DNA of 64,000 nt from Ignavibacteriota bacterium (GCA_963787835.1 CAWBEI010000004.1:224001-288000), one strand, 5' to 3'; positions 28,999 through 39,466 are shown, counted from the stretch's first letter. Numbers and translations: made by a program. The notes: a model not told the origin generated them from the sequence alone.

Positions 28999-30195
28999 CT
29001 AATGAGTACCTTGTTTCTCATACCGCTCCACAAACTCGGGGTCGCGGCGGCGGAGATTTTCGTGATCTACTTTGCCGGAGCGGGTCATGAGCTTGTAGGC
29101 AAAGGGGAGCGGGTCGAGGTGCATGTAGTCCTTGAGGTTTTCGAACATGAGCAGGCTTTCCATGGCTGCTTCCTGGTATTCGTCCACCACGGGCCGGCGC
29201 CGCGCTTCGAATTCGATGAGGGCATCGGGAAGTTTATCGGTTGTTTGGAGCGCGTGGAATAAGGCGATCGAATCCTCCAGCGCAAGCTTGGTTCCCGAAC
29301 CGATCGAGAAATGGACGGTGGCGAGGGAATCGCCAAGCAATGTAGCGCAAACTTCAGTTTGCGATCGGGCGTAAGGGTCGCGAACTGAAGTTCGCGCAAC
29401 ATTTTGCGCCACGCACCACCAATGCCGGTTACGAACGAAGGTAAAATTCAGCCATTTGGAATTATTCGAGAGCAAGGGTTCACCCTGAAGATCGAGATGA
29501 AACACTTGTTCGAGATAGTGACGAGCAGAGTCATCATCCATATCTTCGAAACCTGCGGATTCCCATGTTTCGGGATCGCACTCGACGATGAAGGTGCTGG
29601 TATTTTTATCGAATTTGTACGCATGAGCAGCAAACACTCCGGCGCTATTCTCTCGGAAGATGAGAGTCAGCCCATGGAACAAATGCCGTGTACCGAACCA
29701 GATATATTTATTGCTTCGCGTGGAAAGATCGGGCTTGAACTGCTCCTGGAACTCGGAACGAACTCCGCTGGCAACGCCATCGGCGCCAACAACGAGATCG
29801 TATCCACCGCCGCGCACCAGGGATTCTATATGATTCACAGGCAAACGAAAATGAAGATTTACTCCAAGCTCGCCGCATCGATCCTGAAGAACTTTCAGCA
29901 TTTCGATGCGCGCGATGCCGGAAAATTTATTTCCACGCACGGTGATCTTTTCATCGCGATAAATAATATCGACGTTCTCCCAGCGTTCGAAGCGGTCGAT
30001 AATTCCTTGCCACGATGGGACGTCCTCCGCTTCGAGATAACTGAGCGTTTTATCCGAGAACACGACGCCCCAGCCGAAGGTATCGGTTGGTGCGTTGCGC
30101 TCGAAGAGGTCGATGTGGACTTCGGGACGCCATTTTTTTACGAGGAGCGAAAAATACAAACCCGCCGGTCCGCCGCCGATAACTGCGATCTTCAT
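28999..30195 (-). CDS. FAD-dependent monooxygenase (salicylyl-CoA/anthraniloyl-CoA monooxygenase N-terminal-like)
   Basis: GGGPAGLY, TFGWGVVFSD, ADG, LLGD..HFSIGSGTKLALED, LMTRS. Confidence 0.88.
   Translation of the reverse strand: MKIAVIGGGPAGLYFSLLVKKWRPEVHIDLFERNAPTDTFGWGVVFSDKTLSYLEAEDVPSWQGIIDRFERWENVDIIYRDEKITVRGNKFSGIARIEMLKVLQDRCGELGVNLHFRLPVNHIESLVRGGGYDLVVGADGVASGVRSEFQEQFKPDLSTRSNKYIWFGTRHLFHGLTLIFRENSAGVFAAHAYKFDKNTSTFIVECDPETWESAGFEDMDDDSARHYLEQVFHLDLQGEPLLSNNSKWLNFTFVRNRHWWCVAQNVARTSVRDPYARSQTEVCATLLGDSLATVHFSIGSGTKLALEDSIALFHALQTTDKLPDALIEFEARRRPVVDEYQEAAMESLLMFENLKDYMHLDPLPFAYKLMTRSGKVDHENLRRRDPEFVERYEKQGTH
29341..29401. repeat. GTAG-type REP-like palindrome inserted in frame in the monooxygenase gene
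   Basis: Arms tgtagcgcaaacttcagtttgcga (29341-29364) and tcgcgaactgaagttcgcgcaaca (29378-29401), 21/24 complementary. Confidence 0.85.
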
Positions 30196-30263
30196 TTAAT
30201 AATTTTGAAGGATGACAGGGATAATAAAATAGTCTTTGTTGGTTGTATAACCCAATTCTACTT

Positions 30264-30980
30264 ATGGAAATTTCAAAACATATCGTAGCCTTTGGCGGGG
30301 ACGCCATGATCGCCGAGCCGGAGAATAAACGTTCAGCGCAGTTCGTGCTAAGTTTGGCCCGAAAACCTCAACCAGATACTAAACAACGCGTTTGCTTTCT
30401 CCCAACTGCGAGCGGCGATCCCGACACTTACATTCAAGCATTTCATACGCGATATGAGGGGCTTGCAGAAACTTCGCATCTCAAGCTTTTCCTGCGAACG
30501 GTCAAGGACTTGCGCGGTTTTCTGCTTTCGCAAGATGTTATTTACGTCGGTGGTGGCAACACAGCGAATATGCTGGCTGTGTGGCGAGTGCATGGGGTCG
30601 ATAAAATTTTGCGCGAGGCATACGATTCAGGAATTGTGATGTGCGGTACGAGCGCAGGCTCGCTCTGCTGGTTCGAATGCGGGGTGACGGATTCGTTCGG
30701 ACTTGATCTTGCTACTCTGAATGATGGTCTCGGGTTTATCAAAGGAAGTAACTGCCCCCACTACGATTCCGAAGCATTACGCAAGCCGCAATATCATAAA
30801 TTTATCATGGAAGGACTTCCTGGTGGCTACGCCGCTGATGATGGCGCGGCGCTTCATTTCGTCAATGGCGAGTTTTCTGAAGCGGTAAGTTCCAAACCAC
30901 ATGCTCGAGCGTTTGAGGTGCGGAAGCAGGGGGATGAGGTTGTTGAAAAACAACTGAACGTTCGATTTCTTGGCGCTTAG
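30264..30980 (+). CDS. pepE: peptidase E (S51 family)
   Basis: FLPTASGD, YVGGGNT, GTSAGS nucleophile, CPHYDSE. Confidence 0.9.
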   Translation: MEISKHIVAFGGDAMIAEPENKRSAQFVLSLARKPQPDTKQRVCFLPTASGDPDTYIQAFHTRYEGLAETSHLKLFLRTVKDLRGFLLSQDVIYVGGGNTANMLAVWRVHGVDKILREAYDSGIVMCGTSAGSLCWFECGVTDSFGLDLATLNDGLGFIKGSNCPHYDSEALRKPQYHKFIMEGLPGGYAADDGAALHFVNGEFSEAVSSKPHARAFEVRKQGDEVVEKQLNVRFLGA

Positions 30981-31036
30981 CCAAGCAGTTAATATTAGTA
31001 TGGAACGGATCCTTCGCTAAGGGAATTGTGACCATT

Positions 31037-31294
31037 ATGCAGAACGAACATACACACCTTTATACCGTGGAAGTACCGGAATCGGCTGGATTGACCGAGC
31101 AATCGTTAAAAGAATACCTTGCGGCGAAGCTTTATGGCGATGGGACTCTCTCTCTGTATGAAGCTGCGGAAATGGCCGGAATGAAGAAGTGGGAATTCCC
31201 GAAAGTGCTGAAGCATTTTGGTGTTCCATACTTCAATCTTACCTCGGAAGAACTTGCCAGGGATATTGTGAATGCAAGACCTCGTAATTTCTGA
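31037..31294 (+). CDS. UPF0175 family antitoxin-like protein
   Basis: AAKLYGDGTLSLYEAAEMAGM..F..L..GVP. Confidence 0.85.
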   Translation: MQNEHTHLYTVEVPESAGLTEQSLKEYLAAKLYGDGTLSLYEAAEMAGMKKWEFPKVLKHFGVPYFNLTSEELARDIVNARPRNF

Positions 31295-31757
31295 TACGAG
31301 TTGCCTTATTCTTCTTTCCAAAATAGATCGGTTAGAAATCCTCCGAGATATTTATGGGGTTGTTCTCATCCCGCCGGAAGTTCAGGTAGAATATGAGGCA
31401 GCCTATGGCCGACTTCTTCCCGAGTGGATCAATATTCTTCGACCTTCGGACGAATCCATATCGAAATTTCAATTGCCGGGGTTGGATCTGGGTGAACAAA
31501 ACGCATTTGCGCTTGCCTCGGAACATCCCGGAGCATTATTAATTGTCGATGATGAACGCGCTCGAAAAATTGCAAAACGTCTCGGATTTCGTTTCACAGG
31601 AACGTTAGGAGTTCTCTTAGTCGCAAAAGAACTTGGAAAGATACCCTCGATCAGACCTTTACTGATGCAAATTCAGCGAACAGATTTTCATCTTAGCGAG
31701 GAAATCGTTCAGCAGACGTTGAAGGATGCAAAGGAATCCGATTTACGAACAGAGTAA
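31272..31757 (+). CDS. DUF3368 PIN-like toxin
   Basis: VISDTSCLI, LDLGE, IVDDERARKIA, TGTLGVLL. Confidence 0.88.
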   Translation: MQDLVISDTSCLILLSKIDRLEILRDIYGVVLIPPEVQVEYEAAYGRLLPEWINILRPSDESISKFQLPGLDLGEQNAFALASEHPGALLIVDDERARKIAKRLGFRFTGTLGVLLVAKELGKIPSIRPLLMQIQRTDFHLSEEIVQQTLKDAKESDLRTE

Positions 31758-31759
31758 GT

Positions 31760-32335
31760 ATGCTCGGACTTCACAACACCACATCTGAACAATGGATCGA
31801 AGCGGCGAACCGTGATTACGCTTCTGTGCTTATCGATCACGCTCATTGCGAAAAGAAGGCCGCAACGATGGCGATCTCCTTGCTGAATCGTTATCCCGAA
31901 AAAACGGATTTAGTCGAACAAATGGCTGAACTAGCGGAAGAAGAAATGGGACACTTCCGACAGGTGTTAAAAGAAATGAGTGTGCGGGGAATTGGGCTTA
32001 CCCGAGATCCAGGCGACCGATATGCCCAACAGCTTCACGCACATATCCGAACGCAAGAACCATTTCGATTGCTCGATTCACTCATAGTAAGTTCTCTGAT
32101 CGAGGCGCGTTCATGCGAGCGATTTCAATTGCTCTCGAGGTCGGTAGCAGATGAGGGCTTGCGATCATTCTATCGCTCATTGCTCGAAAGCGAAGCTCGG
32201 CATCGAACGGTTTTTCTTTCGCTTGCCCGGCTTTATTTTCCTCACGATGAAGTTACTAAGAGGCTCGACGAATTAGAAGCGATAGAAGCCGGGATTGTTT
32301 CCGAGCTTCAGCACTCACCAGTCATGCACGGATAA
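31760..32335 (+). CDS. miaE: tRNA-(ms2io6A) hydroxylase
   Basis: LIDHAHCEKKAA, EEMGHF, IEARSCERF, SEARH. Confidence 0.93.
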   Translation: MLGLHNTTSEQWIEAANRDYASVLIDHAHCEKKAATMAISLLNRYPEKTDLVEQMAELAEEEMGHFRQVLKEMSVRGIGLTRDPGDRYAQQLHAHIRTQEPFRLLDSLIVSSLIEARSCERFQLLSRSVADEGLRSFYRSLLESEARHRTVFLSLARLYFPHDEVTKRLDELEAIEAGIVSELQHSPVMHG

Positions 32336-32361
32336 AATTCTTAATTTTTAATTCTTAATTA
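32335..32361. repeat. heptamer tandem repeat (TTCTTAA/TTTTTAA)
   Basis: aaattcttaatttttaattcttaatt between miaE and uvrB. Confidence 0.6.
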
Positions 32362-32365
32362 TTAA

Positions 32366-34405
32366 TTGTCATTCCAACTCGTATCTGATTATAAACCATC
32401 CGGCGATCAGCCGGAAGCTATCGCACAGCTTGTCGAAGCGATTAAGCGCGGCGATCACGCACAGGTGCTGCTTGGCGTAACGGGTTCCGGCAAGACGTTC
32501 ACGATGTCGAACGTCATCGCGCAGATCGACCGTCCTACGCTCGTTATTAGTCATAATAAGACGCTTGCTGCACAACTCTTTGGGGAATTTAAGCAATTCT
32601 TTCCGAATAACGCGGTTGAGTTTTTCATATCCTATTACGATTATTATCAGCCAGAAGCGTATATCCCGACAACCGACACCTTCATCGAAAAAGATTTTGC
32701 AGTTAATGATGAGATAGACCGTCTTCGCCTGAAAGCCACGAGCGCGCTTCTTGATGGCCGTTCGGACGTTATCATTGTTGCATCCGTAAGCTGTATTTAT
32801 GGCATTGGCTCGCCGGATGAGTATGCTCGGCAAATGTTGCGCGTCGAGACGGGTCAGGAAGTGAAACGGAACGATCTTCTGCGTGGGCTTGCTGATATTC
32901 ATTACTCGCGGAATGATGTAGAATTCCAGCGTGGCACGTTCCGCGTGCGAGGTGATATTGTCGATGTAATCCCTGCGTATGAAGATGAGGAGGGTTACCG
33001 CATTGAATTCTTTGGTGATACCATCGAACGTATCTCAAAGATCAATCGAATCGATGGAAAAATATTGGGTGAGGCAACGAAAGCGACAATCTATCCCGCA
33101 AAGCATTTCGTGACAAGCGCTCCAGAACTGGAACGTGCTATTCTTGCCATAGAACAAGAGCTTGAAGAACAGCTTTCACTCTTTCGTCGTCAAGGGAAAC
33201 TGCTTGAAGCGCAGCGCATCGAGCAGCGCACGCGGTTCGATTTGGAAATGCTGCGGGAACTGGGATATTGCTCCGGTGTGGAAAATTATTCGCGCCATCT
33301 GGCTGGTCGTAAAGCAGGTGAGCGGCCAAGTACGCTCATGGATTATTTTCCAGAGAAATTTTTAACCATTATTGACGAATCCCATCAATCCATTCCGCAA
33401 ATTCGAGGGATGTTTGCAGGAGATCGTGCACGAAAGGAAACCCTTGTAGCACACGGATTCCGTTTGCCGAGTGCGCTGGATAACCGCCCGCTTAATTTTG
33501 GAGAGTTCCAATCGATGGTCGATCAGGTTGTCTATGTCAGCGCCACGCCATCCGAATATGAATTTGCCGAAGCCAAGGGAGTGATCGTGGAGCAGATAAT
33601 TCGTCCAACTGGCTTGCTCGACCCGCGCATTGAAGTTCGACCTGTGAAGAATCAAATTGACGACCTTCTTGCAGAAATTCGAAAGCGCGCGAGAGTTGGG
33701 GAGCGTGTGCTTGTTACCACGCTTACAAAACGGATGGCCGAAGATCTTACCGATTATTATTCGAATGTTGGGGTTCGCATCCGCTATTTGCACAGCGATA
33801 TTGATGCTCTCGAACGAGTTGAAATTCTTCGCGATCTTCGTACGGCAGAATTCGACGTGCTTGTTGGCGTTAATCTTTTGCGTGAAGGTTTGGATCTTCC
33901 GGAGGTTTCGCTTATTGCCATTCTCGATGCCGATAAGGAAGGATTTCTTCGTAGCGAGAAAGCGCTCATGCAGACCGCGGGACGTACGGCGCGTAATGCT
34001 GAAGGACTTGTCATTTTTTACGGGGATAAGATCACCAATTCTATGCAGGCAGTGATAGATGAAACTTCCCGCAGACGAGAGATTCAAAACGCTTATAATG
34101 AAGCTCATGGAATTGTGCCACAAACGATCAGGAAGTCGATGGAGGAAATTTTGCAATCGACTTCTATTGCGGATGTGTCCCACAAGCAGGAAGCTCGCAA
34201 GAATGCAGCAGTAGAGAAACGCGAAGCTAAACGGATGACGCCGCAGGCCGTGCTGAAGCATCTTTCGCCTCCGCAACTCAGCGATCTGATCGAGCAGATG
34301 AAGCTCGAAATGAAGATCGCTGCCAAAGAAATGGATTTCGAAAAAGCTGCCGATATTCGTGACGAAGTACAGGCGCTCGAAAAAGTGCTTGCAACAACAA
34401 AGTAA
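32366..34405 (+). CDS. uvrB: excinuclease ABC subunit B
   Basis: [48 protein letters not shown]-terminal UVR domain. Confidence 0.98.
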   Translation: MSFQLVSDYKPSGDQPEAIAQLVEAIKRGDHAQVLLGVTGSGKTFTMSNVIAQIDRPTLVISHNKTLAAQLFGEFKQFFPNNAVEFFISYYDYYQPEAYIPTTDTFIEKDFAVNDEIDRLRLKATSALLDGRSDVIIVASVSCIYGIGSPDEYARQMLRVETGQEVKRNDLLRGLADIHYSRNDVEFQRGTFRVRGDIVDVIPAYEDEEGYRIEFFGDTIERISKINRIDGKILGEATKATIYPAKHFVTSAPELERAILAIEQELEEQLSLFRRQGKLLEAQRIEQRTRFDLEMLRELGYCSGVENYSRHLAGRKAGERPSTLMDYFPEKFLTIIDESHQSIPQIRGMFAGDRARKETLVAHGFRLPSALDNRPLNFGEFQSMVDQVVYVSATPSEYEFAEAKGVIVEQIIRPTGLLDPRIEVRPVKNQIDDLLAEIRKRARVGERVLVTTLTKRMAEDLTDYYSNVGVRIRYLHSDIDALERVEILRDLRTAEFDVLVGVNLLREGLDLPEVSLIAILDADKEGFLRSEKALMQTAGRTARNAEGLVIFYGDKITNSMQAVIDETSRRREIQNAYNEAHGIVPQTIRKSMEEILQSTSIADVSHKQEARKNAAVEKREAKRMTPQAVLKHLSPPQLSDLIEQMKLEMKIAAKEMDFEKAADIRDEVQALEKVLATTK

Positions 34406-35097
34406 TGTTCAGTCTTTTTCCTCCAGAGAAGTGTCTTCATTGCGAGCAGCCTTCGGCTCACTCGCGCAACCGTAAGTTGATAGAGCCGCTTTCGCATTAT
34501 CTTTGTGATGTCTGTCTGCGAATTCTAAATAATCAGGATGCACCACAGGAACGAATGATTCGCGATGAATTCGGTCAGCTTGGCACTGGCATCGAGTTCG
34601 CCCATACGTTGGCCGCGTACATTTTCGTGGCTGAATCTCCGTTGCAATCAGTCGTCCATGCAATGAAATACGATAGCATGTCCCGGCTCGCCGCACACTT
34701 AGGCAGATCATTGTCCTATCTTGTACCCAAAGAGACAAACGTGATAATTCCGGTTCCATTACATCGTACTCGGCTTGCTGAACGAGGATTTAATCAGGCT
34801 GAAATTATGGCAAAAGCAATATCATCGCAATCGAATACTGCCGTTGTTAAGGCGATCAAGCGGGTAAGGCCGACGCCATCCCAAACCCATCTCTCTGTGT
34901 CCGAGCGAATCGAAAATATGCGCGGAGCATTCTCACTCAGCCGACATGCTTCTGAAATGAAAGGCAAAAACGTTCTGATCGTCGATGATGTAATGACAAC
35001 GGGTTCCACGCTTGCTAGCGTTGCAGAAACTTTGCTCGAAGCAAAGCCGAGATCTATCAGCACGCTGGCGCTTGCCATCGCAGCGCCAACAACCTGA
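34405..35097 (+). CDS. comF: ComF family phosphoribosyltransferase-like protein
   Basis: CLHC..CDVC, IPVPLH..RGFNQ, VDDVMTTGST. Confidence 0.92.
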   Translation: MFSLFPPEKCLHCEQPSAHSRNRKLIEPLSHYLCDVCLRILNNQDAPQERMIRDEFGQLGTGIEFAHTLAAYIFVAESPLQSVVHAMKYDSMSRLAAHLGRSLSYLVPKETNVIIPVPLHRTRLAERGFNQAEIMAKAISSQSNTAVVKAIKRVRPTPSQTHLSVSERIENMRGAFSLSRHASEMKGKNVLIVDDVMTTGSTLASVAETLLEAKPRSISTLALAIAAPTT

Positions 35098-35101
35098 TAG
35101 G

Positions 35102-36904
35102 TCACGCCGCGCGTGCCATCTCCTGCTCTTTGTATTGCAATTCGTAAAGTGTTCGGTAAATACCCCCATGCTTTAACAATTCATCGTGGGTTCCTTGCTC
35201 GCGGATCTCGCCGTGATGCATGACGATAATATTATCCGCTTTCTGAATCGTCGAAAGGCGGTGGGCAATAACGATCGAGGTTCTTCCAACCAGCAGCTTT
35301 TCGATCGCGCGCTGGATCATTTGCTCCGATTCAGTGTCAATGCTCGATGTGGCCTCGTCCAGAATGAGAATACTTGGGTCGTACGCCAGTGCACGTGCGA
35401 ATGAAATAAGCTGCTTCTCACCAACAGAAAGAATTGCGCCGCGCTCCTTCACTTGAGATTCAAATCCATTCTGTAAGCGTGAAATAAAACCATCCGCGCC
35501 AACGAAGGTCGCTGCATCCCGAATCTTCTCCTGCGAAATATTCTCGTTCCCGAGACTGATATTCGTCGCAACGTCGGCGCTGAAAAGGAAAACGTCCTGC
35601 AATACGATGGCGGTGTTCTGTCGAAGTTCCTGGGGATCGAGCTTCCTAATATCTATGCCATCGATAAGGATCTCGCCGCGCTGGAATTCATAGAGCCGTG
35701 TCACTAAATTCGTGATCGAAGATTTTCCAGCGCCTGTTGCGCCAACGAACGCGACCGTCTGTCCGGGCATAACGTGGAAGGAAATATCTTTCAATACATA
35801 ATCTTCGTCATTATACGCGAACCAGACATTGCGGAACTCTATTTCGCCGCGTAGCCGTCCTGAAGCGATCGCAGTTTCGGGAACTGCCAGAACGCTATCA
35901 TCATCGAGCAGGCGGAAAATGCGTTCGCTGGCAGCCATAGCGGATTGCAGGATATTATACTTATCCGCAAGATCGCGAATGGGGCGGAAGAACTGCTCGG
36001 TGTATTGATAAAATGCAATGAGCGTTCCCACCGTTACTCCGGCAGTGAGCGCGAGCTTTTTATCTCCCAGCACCAGTGTGCCGCCATACCACACAATGAG
36101 CGCGGTTGCGATGGAAGAAAGAAATTCGACCGCTGGATAGAACACCGCATAATAAAATACGCTTCGGATATTCGCATCCGCTGTCTCATGATTGATCTTA
36201 TCGAATTGCCGGTACGTCGCAGCCTCTGCGCCGAATAGTTGAACGGTTATCATTCCCGATACATGCTCATTAAGGAATGAATTCACTCGTGCCAGTAATC
36301 TTCGAACTTCACGGTACGATTCTCTCGCTTTTTTTCGAAAGATCGCTGTCGCGATCATCAGGAACGGAAAGACCGTCAGCACGATCAGAGAAAGTTTCCA
36401 ACTGATCGCGAACATGAAGATAAAGATCCATAGCACGACAAATATATCTGCCACGATCATGATGATGCCGGAGCTGAACAACTCGTTCAGCACTTCCACA
36501 TCGTTCGTGATGCGCGTAATGAGCCGGCCTACCGGATTGCGGTCGAAGAACCGCATCGAAAGCTGCTGCAAATGCGCGAAAAGTTCTCGCCGCAGATCGT
36601 ACACCGTCTGCTGGCCGATCCAGGTCGTGAGCAGCGTTTGGGCGTAAAGGATGAACGATTGCAGCACCAGCGTTCCTACGATCGCGGCAACGATGAGCGT
36701 CAGCCCACCGAAATCGTTTTTCATAATGTAATTGTCGATCGCATACATCGTGAGCAGCGGGCGCAGCGGACCCAGCGCCGAAACGACAACCGTTATAAAA
36801 ACCGCAAGCACGACCTTCCACTTATACGGCGCAAGGTATTTCACCAATCGCCGCATCAGCCGCGCATCGTACGCTTTTCCTAAGATCTCTTCTTCGTGTG
36901 GCAT
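35102..36904 (-). CDS. ABC exporter, fused permease/ATPase (MdlB-like)
   Basis: TM domain; GATGAGKS; LSVGEKQ; ILDEATS; IAHRLSTI. Confidence 0.95.
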   Translation of the reverse strand: MPHEEEILGKAYDARLMRRLVKYLAPYKWKVVLAVFITVVVSALGPLRPLLTMYAIDNYIMKNDFGGLTLIVAAIVGTLVLQSFILYAQTLLTTWIGQQTVYDLRRELFAHLQQLSMRFFDRNPVGRLITRITNDVEVLNELFSSGIIMIVADIFVVLWIFIFMFAISWKLSLIVLTVFPFLMIATAIFRKKARESYREVRRLLARVNSFLNEHVSGMITVQLFGAEAATYRQFDKINHETADANIRSVFYYAVFYPAVEFLSSIATALIVWYGGTLVLGDKKLALTAGVTVGTLIAFYQYTEQFFRPIRDLADKYNILQSAMAASERIFRLLDDDSVLAVPETAIASGRLRGEIEFRNVWFAYNDEDYVLKDISFHVMPGQTVAFVGATGAGKSSITNLVTRLYEFQRGEILIDGIDIRKLDPQELRQNTAIVLQDVFLFSADVATNISLGNENISQEKIRDAATFVGADGFISRLQNGFESQVKERGAILSVGEKQLISFARALAYDPSILILDEATSSIDTESEQMIQRAIEKLLVGRTSIVIAHRLSTIQKADNIIVMHHGEIREQGTHDELLKHGGIYRTLYELQYKEQEMARAA

Positions 36905-37204
36905 GAAATGTAACCAACGATAAAGGCGTCCTTTTTGTCTCTTAGCAGCATGATGTCATTACAACGTCGAAGTAATGACAATATGATACCCACCCTGTAT
37001 TCGATTCCAGCCCACTTTCGTCCGTTGTGTCTTATGGAAATAGGTGCCCGTTAAACGCAATTGAATTGTCATTTAATGAACTATATTTCACTTTGTGTCA
37101 ATTATTCATTAACTTCCGTGTGAAAATTAATGCGCCCCCAATTTTCAATGAACATGACACCCCCACAATTCCTACAGACACTTGGTGCCTATAGTCACAC
37201 TCTC

Positions 37205-37233
37205 AATATACGGCGGGAATTTCAGGAAGTCAA
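37205..37233 (-). promoter_or_regulatory. sigma70-like promoter (TTGACT-17 nt-TATATT)
   Basis: Minus strand ttgact tcctgaaattcccgccg tatatt, spacer exactly 17 nt. Confidence 0.6.
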
Positions 37234-37268
37234 GCGATTCCTGAAAATAATTGAAAATAAACAACCTT

Positions 37269-37343
37269 GTAGCGCAGGCGTCCTCGCCTGTCCCCGGGTT
37301 GCATGTGTGCCGTGATGGGGATCGGCTTGGACGCCGGCGCTAC
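37269..37343. repeat. GTAG-type REP-like inverted repeat
   Basis: gtagcgcaggcgtcc (37269-37283) and ggacgccggcgctac (37329-37343), 14/15 complementary. Confidence 0.7.
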
Positions 37344-37387
37344 TTAAATCTCAGTTTTGATATGGATGCAAATGAGCAAACAAGCAG

Positions 37388-39466
37388 CTATTGCAAATGC
37401 ACTAAACTAATTCGGTGGGTTTGGCCGCCCATATTTACCACGCACTCATACATTCCATTGGGCAAGCTTGGAGGCATGTCCCACACGAAGGAATGCTCGC
37501 CCGTAGCGAGCTCGCCCGTGAACAGTCGCGCCACTTGGCACCCAAGAAGATTCACAATGGTTACCTCGGCATAGCCTTCATTTTGGTTGGTAAAAGTAAT
37601 TGTTGCTTGCGATGAGAAGGGATTGGGGTAGGATTGAATTTCATTTGCAATTGGGGGAGCGGCAGTAACGGAACTCAGTGAAATTATTTCGGAAAGCGGA
37701 CGGCGCCATACACCATTTCGGTCTACACCCACATAAACGTTGCTGTCGCTAATGGCAACCGAAAGAACCCCTTGGTATGGGAGTCCTTTCCCAACTTCAG
37801 ACCAACTGACCCCTTCATTCATTGAAACTGCGATGCTACCATACATTCCGGCGAATAAAATGCCGCTATTGGAATATAGAATATTGACGTGGGAGGGAGT
37901 GCGCATTGCCTGAGTCCAAGTCGAGCCGTTATCATACGTTCGAAAGATTTGTCCTCCACTATCATCGCAATCCTTAGCAACATAAACGGCACTATCGGAT
38001 GAGGCAAATGCCATGGGGAATATAACATCACCACCTAACGGTATCCAATCGGGCGGTGTTGTTTGAGGCCATGCAGCACCGTCAGTCGTTGAAAGATACA
38101 TCAGTCCGGAAGCAAATTCTCCAGCAAAAAAATCGTGATAGTGAGCGCCAAGTAATGAGGCTGGACAATTCGTCAGCGTCCAGCTTGCTCCTGTGTCTGT
38201 GGAAGCGAATACTCCATTTTGAGTTTCAACTAATAAAGTCAAACCGTTTCCGGCGAGATTATAACCCTCCACGCCCGATAATCCATTGTTGGTAGCAATC
38301 CATGTCGTGCCGGTGTCGCTTGACCGGCAGACACCGCTATCTTGAGACGCTGCAAAAATATTATTTCCCATTCTGGCAATCTCGCTGACGCCACGAATGC
38401 AACACTCTTGCCAATGATTCCCGCTGTCATCCGAAAATGACATCATGCCAGCCTGGCCGGTAAGAATTCGATTGCCCATTGTCGAAATGGCATACACAGA
38501 AGCATTCGCTGGAAGACCAGAATTAGCTTCCTCCCAATTCAAGGCTCCCGAGTCAAGCCGATGAACACCTGTGTTCTGTGTTCCGGCGAACAAATTCGGT
38601 CCACTAGCAACAATCGCAATAACATTCTTATCCAGCAGGCCATCATTCGCTTGTTCCCAACCAGTTGGCAAGGTCTTTCGGTAGATACCCGAAGTTGGAA
38701 GTACCGCATAAAGCACACCTCCTACCATTACAATTTGTTGGATGTACGATGCACTTGGACTATTATCGGGAGTCCAATTCTCTCCATTGTCTGTAGAGCG
38801 AAGAATTCCGGCAGGACTCGTCGCATAAAAAATGGAGCCATCGAGGACAAGAGAATTGATTTCAAAGAAGGAACCCGAAGCACCTGTGTTTTTTTCGTTC
38901 CATGTGTTACCAAAGTCGGTCGAACAAAATATCCCGCTGGTGGTACCCACGTAAAGCGTATCACCACGGGCGGCGAACGAACGGACAGAGAGTGAGTCAT
39001 TGAGAAGATTCCAATGGCGACCTGAATCGTCGGATCGCAAAAGACCCTTGTCGCTCACCGCAAATATATGCGCCCCAAGAACAAAGAGATTTGAAACAGA
39101 TTCTGTTTGTACTCTCGAAGCGGGTGGATTCCAACTTTTCCCCCTGTCAAATGAATAGAAAATGCCCCCACTCCAAAAGGCAGCACACACATTGGAACCG
39201 CTCGCTGCGATGGCGCTCACAAAATCGTTTTTTGGGAGACCAGAATTGGAATATAACCAATGGAGACCTTGATCGTTCGAATAATAGATTCCAGAGTGAT
39301 CACTGTCGGAGTACTTCATTGCTGCGAATAGGTAATCATTTGCCGCAGCAATACAACTGACTTCAGCGCCAAACGGTCCATTCGTTTGCACCCACTGCGC
39401 GCGGGAGAGATCGCTTTGTGCGGCGAGGAGAATGACGAGACCGGTGATTGCAACAATTCGCTTCAT
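37388..39466 (-). CDS. secreted BNR beta-propeller protein with T9SS-type C-terminal domain
   Basis: Signal ..SRA-QWVQTNGP; SxDxGxxW repeats; GVWRRPLSEI; YPNPF..GMYEC. Confidence 0.87.
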   Translation of the reverse strand: MKRIVAITGLVILLAAQSDLSRAQWVQTNGPFGAEVSCIAAANDYLFAAMKYSDSDHSGIYYSNDQGLHWLYSNSGLPKNDFVSAIAASGSNVCAAFWSGGIFYSFDRGKSWNPPASRVQTESVSNLFVLGAHIFAVSDKGLLRSDDSGRHWNLLNDSLSVRSFAARGDTLYVGTTSGIFCSTDFGNTWNEKNTGASGSFFEINSLVLDGSIFYATSPAGILRSTDNGENWTPDNSPSASYIQQIVMVGGVLYAVLPTSGIYRKTLPTGWEQANDGLLDKNVIAIVASGPNLFAGTQNTGVHRLDSGALNWEEANSGLPANASVYAISTMGNRILTGQAGMMSFSDDSGNHWQECCIRGVSEIARMGNNIFAASQDSGVCRSSDTGTTWIATNNGLSGVEGYNLAGNGLTLLVETQNGVFASTDTGASWTLTNCPASLLGAHYHDFFAGEFASGLMYLSTTDGAAWPQTTPPDWIPLGGDVIFPMAFASSDSAVYVAKDCDDSGGQIFRTYDNGSTWTQAMRTPSHVNILYSNSGILFAGMYGSIAVSMNEGVSWSEVGKGLPYQGVLSVAISDSNVYVGVDRNGVWRRPLSEIISLSSVTAAPPIANEIQSYPNPFSSQATITFTNQNEGYAEVTIVNLLGCQVARLFTGELATGEHSFVWDMPPSLPNGMYECVVNMGGQTHRISLVHLQ

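Noticed and set aside
33362-34276. 304-aa antisense ORF (similarly 1275-2012, 13260-13943, 29404-30288, 57016-57657)
   Set aside because: Shadow frames of well-supported genes on the opposite strand; no recognisable motifs
36905-37387. Replication origin
   Set aside because: No cluster of DnaA boxes (TTATCCACA) seen and no dnaA/dnaN/gidA context
14156-39466. Diversity-generating retroelement acting on T9SS paralogues
   Set aside because: No reverse transcriptase and no near-identical template/variable repeat pair with adenine-specific differences seen
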